A stretch of DNA of 64,000 nucleotides, taken from the NCBI GenBank assembly GCA_000934665.2, contig KZ537987.1:62001-126000 (forward strand), written 5' to 3'. Under the pieces are notes generated by a model. The model searched no databases. It was given only the letters and a program-made list of their open reading frames with translations, and was not told the origin of the DNA. This DNA is from Catajapyx aquilonaris. Taxonomy: Eukaryota. The translations under genes were made by a program, and so were the position numbers. This document shows, piece after piece, positions 50,367-62,427 of the stretch (position 1 is the stretch's first letter; each line of letters opens with the position of its first letter).

Positions 50367-50555
50367 GTACATCTCGCACGACCTGAATGGGGCAGGAGTG
50401 TGCAGAGGGAGTGTGCAGAGGGAGTGTGCAGAGGGAGTGTGCGCCATCTATGCGTAGAGAATAATATTAGGTGGTAAATCGGTGGGCCATCTGTCATACC
50501 ATTGGTCATACTGATTATTATAGGTTTTGCCCAATTTTGGGAACGGGTTCACTAG
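50367..50555 (+). mobile_element. Repeat family C, copy 4
   Basis: CTCGCACGAC...GTGTGCAGAG...GCGCCATCTATG...CCCAATTTTGGG (small hairpin) AACGGGTTCACTAG|T. Confidence 0.55.
50395..50442 (+). repeat. 13-bp tandem repeat (GGAGTGTGCAGAG) x3.7
   Basis: Perfect direct tandem units inside family C copy 4. Confidence 0.9.
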
Positions 50556-53500
50556 TACTGTATAGAACCAGCATGAAAACGTGTTCTTCCACTTCAGATA
50601 AACCTGGCTCTTCAAAATTACGCTTCTTACATTCCATCGAGATATATAAAGTTCTAATCGATATTATAGCTTATATGAGCTAGGTTGAATCGATAGATCC
50701 ATGGATGTGGAGATGGGGCATATAGAGCCCCTTTTCCTCTTCAATTTTTTTTCTCTCTCTCTCTCTCTACCCACCCACCCCACCTTCCCCCCCTTTTGGC
50801 CTCATATCGAGTTCCTCATCCTATGGCTCTGACCGGTACAAAAAGGGCACCGGTTTCCCCGGGCAGCTAAATCGCCGGCACATTTATAGCCCCCTGGAAA
50901 AGTGGAGTAACTGATGGACTTGCAGGCTTGCAGGCCTGATAAACGGCAGCTCCTCTGGGGATTGGTGGGAATTGAGGAGGCCAGCGTTGGAAGGATCTCG
51001 GGCCCGGCCTAAATCCGGTCCTAATTTCTCGATCGGATTCTGTAGTCCCGAGGATTCCTTCCGGCCACTGACCTATATCTATATAGAGCCAATCCACTCC
51101 AACGCCCATCCACATATAGGCACTTTTGCAATAATTGAACGCCAGGTTAATGAGAAGTAAATTACGCAAAAAATAGTGATTATTTTTCCTGCGAATATTT
51201 TGTCATGGTTTTAAAACGAGGTCTATTTGGACCGTATTTTTTTTGTAGAAGAGGCAGGCATGGCAGAAGGTGGCCGACGGGCAAATTGTGTTTACCAGGA
51301 CTGCATGTTTCCCGAGAAGCAAAGTGGGCGTAATGGAAACAAAGATCTCTGAGAGATGCAAGGGGGCTGGTTGTTTCCACAAGTGCAGTCAGGAATAACT
51401 TATTTCCACACGGAACATTGGCGTACATGAGCAAAAAGCTGTTATTTCTCGGGCTTGCATTAAGCCCACCCCTTCCCTTCAGCCATACTCCAGATTATTT
51501 TACTCTAATGGCCTCTGTAAGAGGTGTATATCATGCAGTTTGTTTCTGCAAAACGTACTTTGCCTGGCCGATGGGAGGTCAGGACAAAAACCCAGGGATA
51601 AATCAGTACCGGATTGGCTGGTAAAGTTGGGATGGTGTCACTGTAATCACCGGGTCCATGAATATCAACGAGGACGCCCGGAATAATGATAAACGCGTCC
51701 ATAATTACCCCCCTTAAAAACATGGGGAGGGTTTTTTTTTCGCAGCTATTTTTGGGAGCCTCCGCTTCTTGGAAGGTTGGATCCAATTTTTTTGTTGTTG
51801 TTGAAAAGGGTGCAGCCCCCAATCACATCGCCAGGAAATCGCGCGTGCATGATTGATTATAGGCAAGAGCTGGTAGGTTGGAACCCGAATTTTAGACTGC
51901 TGCTGGTAGGTGACAAACATATAGCAAAAGATGAATGTTTACAAATGCAACAATGGCTTTCAGCTGATTGCATTTTTCATTACCCTTTTTTTTCGGTTCA
52001 GTATATGTTGAATTTTTCCGCACTACCGTTTAACAGTCGTACGTGAATTTTTTTTACTTGCTCTCTCTCAAAGCGACGGCGGCAGTTCTGCCTGTCCGGA
52101 TTGTGAATGGGACTGGACCATTCACACTCAAGACCCGCTCTGCTGGATCCAAGTGCTGCAGAATTCTCCTACCCCCCCCCCNCTATCCGAGGGCGATGGC
52201 CAATAAATGGATTCTCCCGGTCGTAAAACGCGCTCCTTTTCGGCCGATCCTCCATCCAACTACTGCACTCTGGGTTTGGCCCCCCCCCTACCTAAAAATT
52301 CCAAAGCCTGAGTTTGAATATCCTATTGGACAGGCAACCCCCCCTTTTCAAAAAAAAAAAAAAACCAAAAAAAAGGACCGCTTGTCTCTGGTGGTTGGCG
52401 GCGGCTTTTTCTATTTTTCCGCAGTTGTATTGACCTTCCTCTCATTCTGCGGGGGTCGGGTTTTTAATCGAGAAGAGTCAACATAGGGAAACAGATGGAT
52501 ATGAGGATAGTCTTTGGGAATTGGTTATGGGGATGAACGTTGACGGATTTTTTTTTCCGCAAATTTTCCTCTTTGAATATTTTGCTGGATAGCCGACGGG
52601 AGGTTCCACATTTTTTTTTAATTTTTTGGAGGGAGCGGGTCTAACATCAAACGGGGTAAGTTACTGGGTTTGAACAAATTGCCGAGTCAGTAAGTTCAGA
52701 CAGGTCATGTAGGTACGGGTGAAATGAATCTGACTCGTGACAACTGTGTCGGTTATGTACAAGCGGAATGACTAAACAGGGCTTGGTATATACGAGTATA
52801 TAAAAAAAAGAGCGGCGTGTTTGGTGATCGCACAGCGTGGGAAAGTGCTGTGAATAATTTAGCTTGTAATGGATGCTGGCCTAAGGGGGAAAGGTTTGGG
52901 GCGATGTTGCTTCATAGCCACTGATCTCGATTAACTCCTGACGCCCCTACGATGTACCCTACCGATGCATGGGTGCCCTACACAAATCTCGACTTTGGGA
53001 AATCCAAATAACACGTAATTAACCACGCTGCAAGCCCCCCCCCTCTGGAAAAAAAGAGAGAGAGATCGATGGATGTAACGCACTCTGAATGAATCTGAAA
53101 TCATCTCCGATTTGAGCCCCACGCTGCTTGCCAAGCTAGGAAGTCCTAATAGCTAATCAATACCCTGGTCCGGTAATGGGGAAGCCATGACGTGTATGGC
53201 AGGTCTTCTTCGATGCCAAATCTCCATTTTTTTTTTGTTGGTGGGGGTGTGAGCTGATATAGGGGTGAGGGGGACGTCACGCCCTGTTAGTTGCCATTCC
53301 CAAGCGGTAACGAGGTATATAGATCTGCAATTATTCATCCCCTCACGCCAAGAGAGAGGGGGGGTCATTTTCAATCGGGTCGCAGCGTGAGGCTGGGGTA
53401 ACAGCTGGACGAAAGATAACGAGTGTGACTCATGTCACTTGATGAGGCTTGTTTCCGAATCGCATGCACTTCAAGAGGTGTCACGTACCGTGTGGGTAAG

Positions 53501-55220
53501 TCAGGATCAATTTGAGAGGGGAAGCCGTCAAATGTGACGTCTTTTTGCAGGAGGTGCCGTGATTTTGAATTTTTTTCCGATAGATATTAATTGTTCGCTT
53601 GATTATTCCCCCCATAATTACTTGCAAATGGGAAACTCGTGGTTTAAGACTACCCGCTGTGCTCAGTGCTGGTTACACTCAGCTGTTTTACGTTGCTGAA
53701 TATGGCCACACTGTTATGCACAAAGTGGAATAACAAAACAGGCTGGTTTGTGAAAAAATCCAGAATCAAAGGCTCGGTGCTAAAAATTGTTAACTAATTC
53801 AATATTGGAACACCTCAATTTTATGTAATACACGCAAAGTTGGGTACGATCAGAGTTATTTTAACTGCAAATTAATCAGTTATTTCGAAAACCAATGAAC
53901 CAACTTTTGAGGGGGGGATAGGTCCTACTCATTCCCATATTTGCTTTTGCTATTATGCCTACATATTTGTATGGATTTTCCTCAATAAACCTGGTTTTAC
54001 CATATATATATACGGAGCTCGGTGAAACTGGCTCTAAATCTCTCTATCTTGTTTTCGAATGAACAGATTTCAAATATTTCAGACTCTACGATGAGCTTAG
54101 TGCCTATATTAATTTTACCCCCATCCCTAATTATGATGATCGATCCTTGGTGCGGGGTGCCATGTGGGTTGCGGTCCTTCCAGGATTGGCCTGGTGCGCC
54201 ATCGATTTTTGGGGCAAGTTGGGTAAGGTCATCACGACCTGTCCCAAGGAGGAATGCAGCATCCCCCCTGGGTAAAATGGAGCCCGATGCTGGCCTGGAA
54301 TGGAGGAGGGTTCTATATACTATATACTAGAGGGGAGGAGAGAGAGAATCCGACCGACCGACCGACCCAAGTTTTTGGCACCTAATCAATATGTTGGGAG
54401 TGAGTCGAGTCTCTCTTGGCGCCTATGTACACAGCTCCTGGGTCTGGCTAATTGTGCGAATCGGCGTCCTGTAGTGCCTTTCCCTGAGCTCCGTGGCAAC
54501 TCATTATTGGCTCTGTAAGCAGGTCTTCCGATAATGTCGAAAGCCGTTATAAAGCGAGTGCTGGTAGTAGCTCCTTTTCCAAGCCAAGTTTTGCGAGAGG
54601 AATTTCTGCTTCCTTTTTCCGGGGAGGGGAGGGGGGGGGCGTTCGAAGGAGTTATCGGGGTAGGGATTAATATGCGCCGAGCACGCTGCATGTGAGCAGC
54701 TCCATTCTCCCAGAATTGATTGGGCTCTGGGATTGGAGGCCCTTGTGAGGTGCCTGCCACCGATATGCAGACCCACCCTCCCAGATTTTCGCCAATATTG
54801 GCAAGCAAAGTGGGAAATGGGCGCCTCAGATGCACCTGCATTGTTTTTGATTGTGCGCGTGTGAGCTTGTCCCACTTCAGTGTGATGGGGAGTCCCCCCC
54901 CCCCCAGCTCTTTTTCCCCTCCAAAAAATAAATTTGCATATATATATTTTTTGCACATCCCCCGGTTAGAAAATGGAACCGTTCAATTTTCTCCCAGATT
55001 AAACCCTAGATGAGAAAGCAGATTCGTGACCTGCGGGAGAGCTTATGCTTGTAGTGGCGTGGAAAAAGATGGTACTATACTACCAGGGACGAGAAAGTGC
55101 GGCTGAGGCCAACATCAGGCATACGCGCCAATTTGTTGGTGCTTACATATGAACGAAAAGAAATACGGATGTCGTATATCGTATACGGATATCGTATATG
55201 AATAAACTTGGATTGATATA

Positions 55221-55424
55221 TAAAAGAAATCTGTTCCACAATTTATTGCCGTTCAAAACTAATTTTTGGGTATTTAGACTCAAAAAATTGCAGTTTTCTG
55301 ACTTTTCCTTAAATCAGCATAAGACGTCGGTGTGCCAAGTTTTAACTCTCTTAGTAGCCTACTCCGGAAGTGGGTTTGGTAGCCCGGACATATACATAAA
55401 TACCAACAAACTTTCTGCTGTATA
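55221..55424 (-). mobile_element. Non-autonomous Helitron-like family H, copy 4 (5' end abuts a MITE)
   Basis: Minus strand AGCAGAAAGTTTGT...GTCCGGGCTACC...CCACTTCCGGAG...AAACTTGGCACAC...TTGTGGAACAGATTTCTTTTAT matches the 43875 copy. Confidence 0.6.
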
Positions 55425-55426
55425 TA

Positions 55427-55668
55427 CAGGGTGTTCCATGTTCGTGGGTCACTTTTTGATAACTAATATCGCCCGATAGCAATTATTTTTTTGTAGCTCA
55501 GTTGTTGTTCCCCTCATTATGTGCTTCTGCTATTATATTCGACCCCCAGTGTGTCGAATATAGCAGTAGTTATAGAAGGCGGTACATGGTTAGGGGCACA
55601 ACAAGCTACAAAAAATAACTGCTATCCGGGGATATCAGTTATCAAAAAGTGACCCACGAACATGGAAC
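55427..55668. mobile_element. Tc1/mariner-type MITE, longer copy
   Basis: TA|CAGGGTGTTCCATGTTCGTGGGTCACTTTTTGATAACT...AGTTATCAAAAAGTGACCCACGAACATGGAAC. Arms are about 70 bp with inner palindromic segments; the right-terminal ACCCTG is missing. Confidence 0.8.
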
Positions 55669-56898
55669 TTGGATTTTAGGGATATTTCAACTCTGAGCAA
55701 AATTCATTTAGATAAAGTGCTATTCACCCTTTATAGGATTCAAATAATGAGGGAAATAGGGCAAAGGGCAATTTCAAAGCCTCTTTCGAATGAAAAATCT
55801 TTACCAATTACATTTCAGGAAATAATCTCCGATTTTGCGTAATTGGAAATTTTCTCGTAATTTGTTCTCATATGTCTTGAGAGCTTAACTGGGCCTGAAA
55901 TAAAACGCAATAAAAAGCACTTTAACTCCACGGTTGATTGAGATTGTCTCGGAGCTCCCCCCCCCCTTTTTCCTAGATTTAATAGTTCTGAGGGGTGGTT
56001 GGGAATAGTACGTTAATTTCTAAGCGTGCTTCCGGACTACAAAGGGAGACCGGAGCAAAATGGAAGCTTGAGAATCAGCCATCCGTGTGAGCCCCAGGCC
56101 CGGGAGTCAAAGGAAGGGCCGAGTGAAATACTTGCGCCATCTTGCACACAGGACATCTCCGAGGTCATTACCAGGTCACAGGCCACCTGAATAATGCTGA
56201 AGAAGCATAATGTGGAAGGAAGGGCCCTCCCCTGTGTAGACAAAAGGGGGGGCCACAGTGATTTGCGCGTACTAGGCATTATCGGGCTGCGGGCGTGTAA
56301 TTTTCCGGGCAGGCCACGGAATTAAACCGATTTGCTGCTTCAGGAAGGGGGGGAGGGTACCTACCCCCTTCTCTGAAGCAGGGGCCACACTATCTCATCA
56401 GGACAAACAGTCTGAACCTCCCACCCTCGCAGTTATGGATTTCGCAATTCCCTGCAGGCTCCCCCTGGACTAGTGTGAGGTAGCCTATTAAGTTGAAGCA
56501 CGTCGCAAAAGCAACCTGTTCATTTATTAATCTGGCAACACTGGAGCCGGTTCTCTGATAAGGCTGTAGTTTGAACAGGGCCGTAATTTCCGTTATTGGT
56601 AATGGGGAGTCTATTCAGGCAAAAAGGGTGCGGCGGGGGTACTGTGCGTTACAGCAAATGAGAGGGGGGCTAAAGAACCTAATAACTGGCAATCATTTAT
56701 TTGCGAAGGTTACGATCGCCATTCTCACCGATGAGATTGCTATAGGCGGGTGGTCATTATGTAGTTATTTCGGTGCAACAATACACGGGGCAAAATCAAT
56801 TGATGGCTGCTGAAATAATATACGGCGTACTTATTCCTGCGTAAGTGAGGCGATATTAGCCGTTTGAACGCACATAGGCCTTCACATTATTGTTGTTC

Positions 56899-57201
56899 TT
56901 TTAAACTTTTTATTTACAAAAAAAAAAAAAGTCTCACAGAACGGCTCTGTACGTGGACAGGTATCAGGGCCTAAACCGCAAGAAATATCGACAAACTGTT
57001 TTCGGATTCTGGTTCAGTGGACCCTAAATAGATTTCCTGGCCAACTTCCGGTTTTCCGGATCCACACTATCCTTATTTGGTTCCTTGCCAACGAGAAATG
57101 AGACTGACAACATTCGGTCATTTTTTTGTCCAGTTTGAATTTCCTAGGCAATAAGAAAAAGTCTACTGGAATCACAGTCGCGTGATTTGCCAATCTTGTT
57201 T
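56899..57201 (+). mobile_element. DINE-1/Helentron-associated (HINE-like) element, copy 1 (degenerate)
   Basis: Homologous to 59750-60161. Retains the 3' subTIR AGAAAAAGTC and the stem-loop AATCAC-AGTCGC-GTGATT before a T-rich end. Confidence 0.7.
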
Positions 57202-58635
57202 CACCTTGTCTGGTATAGCATTTTTCAAAAAATATTTTTTCTGACTCGCCATTCACGTAACATGTATCCTGTACTTTTATATCCTGAGGGCATGAGCGAA
57301 CCTTAAATCTTATAAAGGATCAAGAACTGTTAGGCCGGCCTTGGATTAAACTTCCAAGTCAGCTGCGTTTGAAACTCTTCCCGAATTACCTGGAGGGGGG
57401 AAATGAAAGTTTTACTGCGTAATTCTTGCAGTAATTACACCGACAAGAGGAAGGGGTGGGGGGGAGGGGGGATGTTCCGTGACGCATTTCCGCCCTACCT
57501 GCTTGCGTCCATTATTAACCCTAATATCGTTTAGCAGTGAAGAGAGCGAATTTCCTCATTTTCAGCTTCTTCCGGAATTTCTACCTGAGGGTATTACAAG
57601 AGAGGGCAACATCCCAAGTGTATACTACGTTTCTAAAGTGCGGATCTACTGCCCCAAAATGCTTGGAGGGTGTGTAAGGGAACGCGTTTTATTGCTAATA
57701 AATAGCCGCCAGCAGAAAACGTAATTGCAAATGTTGCACAGGATAAATTTTTGGCAAATGTTGCCATCTTCTGCGCAGTTCAATATGCTTCACTTTTTCT
57801 TTTTTTCTTTTTTACTGTAACAACAAACAGGTCGTGCCTTTTTGTGCGAATCCTTCCTTAAAATAAATTTCAATTGGGTGATTTATAACAGCAACCATGA
57901 ATAATGCATGCCTATGTGTAGATGGGTTGTGGCGGGATCTTTTTGTGATTTAAAAGATTGTGCGAGATAGATGGTTTAGCGCAAGGGGGACGTGAAGACG
58001 AAGAAGAAGAAGAAAAAAAAATGTTGCATGCATACAAAGGTTACAATGATGGATTAGTTGAGCTTTAAACTAGGCCTGAATATTTCATTGAAACAAAGTG
58101 TTTCTATAAAAAAAAATAGACGCCTCTATTTGGGGGGTGGGGAGAAAAAAAAACTTTTGCGTTTCTTGAACTCCGTGGCTTCCAATTACACTTGATCAAG
58201 TTGGCCGATTGCCCCTTATCGTCGTTCCAACTTTGATGCTCCGTTGAGAGCCAATGAAATGGTAATTGGAATTGATAGCAACTTTAGTGTTTTTTTTTTC
58301 CTTCTCTCTCTTTCTCTTTTCCCAGACGCGTTAGGAAATGAGGTGGGGCACACAAGGAAAAAAAAAGTTTTACGATACACGTATATAGGTGAAAACTTGT
58401 GCAAGGCGGTTTGGTTCGGAGGGGGGGGAAAGCATCCATCTTGACAGCACAAACTTAGCAAGCGTTAAAAGTCGCGTTGAACACGAAAGGTCCGCCATAT
58501 TTCGTTTGCAGGCGAGTAGTAAAAGTCCAGGCATGCAAGTACAGGGGGAGACAAAATGTTACTCTGCAGACTGATGTTGAGAATAATTTTCGGACATTTG
58601 TATCCATCTGGAGAAAAGTTCAGAGTGTACGTGTA

Positions 58636-58731
58636 CAGTGCAGTGGATAAGCACATCCATTAATTTCCACCACCTTTACCCGAAGCAAAGTAGAATCTCC
58701 GCCTGTGCTTATCCATTAATTTCCACCACTG
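58636..58731. mobile_element. Small rearranged Tc1/mariner-type MITE
   Basis: TA|CAGTG...CACTG|TA termini, an inverted pair TGGATAAGCACA / TGTGCTTATCCA, and a direct repeat ATCCATTAATTTCCACCAC at 58655 and 58711. Confidence 0.55.
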
Positions 58732-59096
58732 TAGCTACGTCGTATTTGCTTTGAAATTTACAGTGAGTCTGGCCCCATTTTTGACTCACCCTGTACACTC
58801 CCAAGGTTTTCTCCCTTCTATCGCCGGCCCCAGATGGCCCAAACTTCCGTCTTGGGCCCCCCATGCAATAATTGGCCAGACTCCCCACCTCCCACTGCCC
58901 ATACCCGCGTTCGTCCTGTTCGTGCACTAGCACAGTACTCGGCTAATTCCAAGTCAAAGCTCCAGGAGTGGTGCGCGACAAGGCGAGTCCAAATTACAAG
59001 GCTACCCTCCCACAACCTTCGTCTTCGGGAGCAGAATTTCAAGTCCGAAAGTGGAGGAATCTCTGGGAATCATATGGACTGAGAGGGGGGGGGGGG

Positions 59097-59119
59097 NNNN
59101 NNNNNNNNNNNNNNNNNNN
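59097..59119. other. Assembly gap (23 N) next to a poly-G tract
   Basis: Run of N in the sequence. Confidence 0.98.
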
Positions 59120-59749
59120 TTTAATGAAAACTCGGCACCACCACCATCACCACTGCTTTACATTCAAATGCGCTGCCATGTCGACCGTGAGGAGAGAGCT
59201 TGAAATTTTGGGGAGGGGAAAAACGTCGTTCCGTGTCCGATGGGTTCCTTTTCCTGACGAGATCGTGACAAACTAGCTCTCCACTAGACGGGGGGGTAAG
59301 GAAAATACACGGCCGTTTTCATAATTTTGGGGACCCCCTCCCAGAAAAGCGGAGCTTAGGAGTGGGCGTGGATGGGAGGTTTGGTCACGACTCTTTAATC
59401 GGTTTGAAATTGGCGCCATTTTCGTGTGCGTGACGTCATCTGGACACGCTTGCGACGATGGCGCCTCTCAAGGTCGGCCCGTTTAATTAATGGGGCAGCC
59501 TAAGGGCAGAGTGATTACGCCGGAATTTCTGTTTAATTACTGCCGAATGCGGATTTGGCCTCATTGCTGCCAACTTAATCACACTTGCTTCATCTAACTT
59601 ATTGTACCTAAACGTGGAAATTCTGTTGGTAGTCCTGGAGCGTCAGTCACGTACATGACCTTTCCCATTTTGCAAAAAAATTTGAGTCAGCACTTCTTAG
59701 GACGCTCTTAGTGTCAGATGTAAGTTATTTTACAGTAGCAGTTAGCCCA

Positions 59750-60161
59750 TTTTTTAGACTTTTCTCGTCGGAAAAAGTCTTATAGGACGGCACTGTCCGT
59801 CCGTCTGTCTGTGGACATGTATCAGGGCCTAAACCGCAAGAAATAGCGACAAACAGTTTTCGGATTCCGTTTGTCGCTATTTCTTTTGGTTTAGGCCCTC
59901 CTGGTTCTGTCCAGGTTTTCGGATTCGGATTCAGCGGACCCTGAGTAGGTGACTTCCGGTGACTGGTCACTTCCGGTTTTCCGGGTACACTATATCCTCC
60001 GAGGTCAAGTCTGCATGCTTTAGACATTTTAATTGGGTTACTTATTGGCAACGAGAAATGAGACTAACAATATTGCATGTCATTGTTGTCAAATTTTAAT
60101 TTATTTGGCAATGAGAAAAAGTCCATTCGAATCACGCTCGCGTGATTTGCCAGTTTTGTTT
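59750..60161 (+). mobile_element. DINE-1/Helentron-associated (HINE-like) element, copy 2 (well preserved)
   Basis: T-run start, 5' subTIR AGACTTTTCTC with adjacent inverted GAAAAAGTCT, a (GTCY)4 microsatellite, 3' subTIR GAGAAAAAGTC (60113-60123), 3' stem-loop AATCACGC-TC-GCGTGATT (60130-60147) and a T-rich end. This is the architecture described for Drosophila DINE-1 and HINEs. Confidence 0.8.
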
Positions 60162-62139
60162 GTGTATATACTTGCGTTAACTTGAGTTATGCTTAGCATT
60201 GCATTCGAGTAACTTAGCAAGATCGCCATTACTGAAATCAGCCCGGCTTGATTGCCATTTTATCTGATGATAGAAGGTTAGAGCAACACTGTGTCCATAA
60301 ATTGATGTTTATGTCGTCAAGTTTATGCAGTAAATCCCTGGAAATGATCTGGGTTAATTACATCTGGTGGATCATCCTATAAAGCAATCTGGGGCATAAC
60401 ACTTCTCAAAAAATATATATGCAGATCTGTGAGGCGCTTACTGTAAACGGATCCCCACATTTTTCTCTACCTGTTTTTTTCCCCCCCAGAAGGGTTGCTC
60501 TGCAGAATGACGCAGAGTTTGACGTGGGCGTGTGATTTGATGGTGTAGCTGTAGCAAGTGGAGTGGTCCATTCTGACATTAGCTGTCATGACACCTTATG
60601 CGTAGTTGAGTGTGAAGGGTCGATCTGGAGTGTCAGTGTCATCATTTCAGAACAGCAGGGTGAGGACGGGATATGCTGCGGTAGTATTTTAGCAATGCAT
60701 TGAAAATCAGCGTACTAATTTAGTCGAATAATTGGTTTTGGTCCTTTTTTGGGTGGAGGGGGTTGATGTGAGATTTTGTAATAAAATACGTCGCAGAATA
60801 ATGCGCCAGGCGGCTAGGTTCATCCCAAAACCGGATTATCCTCATCCGGATAATCAAGAGCGTACCATGTAATGTTGATCCCATGCAGCGTGTGATTTAT
60901 ATAGAAAACTGGGGGCTGGAATTCGCCATTAAAATTGAGTTGAACGTTATGCATACATTTCTGATATTGTCGAGTGCTAGTTTACATTTGCTTATATATA
61001 CACACATACATATATATACGCATGGAAAAAAAAATGTTTGGCAGGAAACGCATTAAAAGCGTGCACTGTACAGTAGGTAGTGCATTGTATGCACTTTGAG
61101 TACAATAGGCCTCTGATGCAGCAAGCTAGGGTAGGTCCCTTGAGGACACACAAAAATAGTTTTGAAAATTGCGTTTATTCATCGCTGAATGAGTTGAAAA
61201 GCCCTGCATGATGGTGGCACCTGCCTTTTTTTGCGGGACGGGTTTTAATTTTAATATTTATAACAAGTGTCGTAAACAAACTTGGCGATGCGGTAACTCA
61301 TTTTGCGAGGCAATTATGTCGCCTTTTGTTGCGGACTCTCTTTCACTCTGCACACTGCCTAGTCCACGAAGGGGTGTCTGGTTTGGATGCTACAGGTTGT
61401 GCACGACCAAAGTATACGAAACCGTCCCCACTCCAGCAGGTGTAACAAAAAAAGCTGAAATATATATAGCCAGTCTTTGTTTGTGTGTAACGTACTGTTG
61501 TCAAGTCATTCTGTGTTGTTTGGTACTCCTGTCAACCAAGTTCCATCAGGCGGAACATACCAGAATGTAAATAACTGCTCGGATCTATACCCACATATTT
61601 TTTTTCTCTCCAACAAACTGTTGTTAGTATGCAGAGCATGATTTTACATTTTAAGCAGCACCCTGTATTGAAGCATAATGTTCACACGTCTCCCCCACCA
61701 AAACCCAGCCTCGACTCTGTTGACACTGGAAATTTACAGTCTCCCCCCTTCAACCCCACCATCCCTTCCTCCTGGCGCGAAATGCTTTGGCCATTATCTT
61801 ACCCCTCGGACCTAGTGTCAACATAGCGTCCACTTGCGTCACAATGAAACGAGACGCTCCTCTTTTTCTAAAAAACGAGAGAGATGGGGGTGCCCCCCAC
61901 GCTGTTTGTACTGAGGAGTGACATTTGCTGTTTAATGTTCTGGCTTTTGGTTAGAGAAGAGGGGGGGAAGGGCAGGTTGTATAGGGAAAGGCTTCCTTCA
62001 TCTTTATTTGCCCTGCATTCGCCCAGATTAGAGCCATATTGTGTAGTCATAGCAGTGTTTGCAGTCCGAGTTGGCTCTGCGAATTTAGTTGGCGATGCTT
62101 GTTGGCCAGATTGTTTTATGAGGGTTGGATTAGGCTGCC

Positions 62140-62225
62140 CAGACTTACGTAGATCCTGACTTACGCAAAAACATGGCTCCGAGTTACGCACAATTTGACT
62201 TACCGTAAGTCAGAGGTTTTCTGTA
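62140..62225. mobile_element. Tigger/pogo-like MITE remnant
   Basis: Repeated GACTTACG motif ending CGTAAGTCAGAGGTTTTCTG|TA. The related GACTTACGTAGATC motif cluster also occurs at about 13665-13725. Confidence 0.4.
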
Positions 62226-62251
62226 TTTAATCTAGATAGCCTCGAGGAAGA

Positions 62252-62427
62252 GAGTCGCCATTCTCTGACGTCACGTCGCCTCTGATTGGCTGTAGGCTCC
62301 AGCCAATAGGAGTCGACCGTGACGTCATAACCAGCCACTGTTTCCATAGCGACGCAAGATGGCGGCCTCCATTGGCCACGTTACTCCAGCCAATCAGATA
62401 CGATGTGACGTCATAAGTTGGCGACTC
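62252..62427. mobile_element. Foldback/MITE-like element dense in promoter motifs
   Basis: Terminal inverted GAGTCGCCA / TGGCGACTC, with inner inverted TGACGTCAC..TCTGATTGGCTG / CAGCCAATCAGA..GTGACGTCA. Confidence 0.65.

Noticed and set aside
58655..58729. CRISPR-like repeat-spacer-repeat (19-bp repeat, 37-bp spacer)
   Set aside because: Only two repeats, inside a TA-flanked MITE, in eukaryotic intronic DNA with no cas genes.
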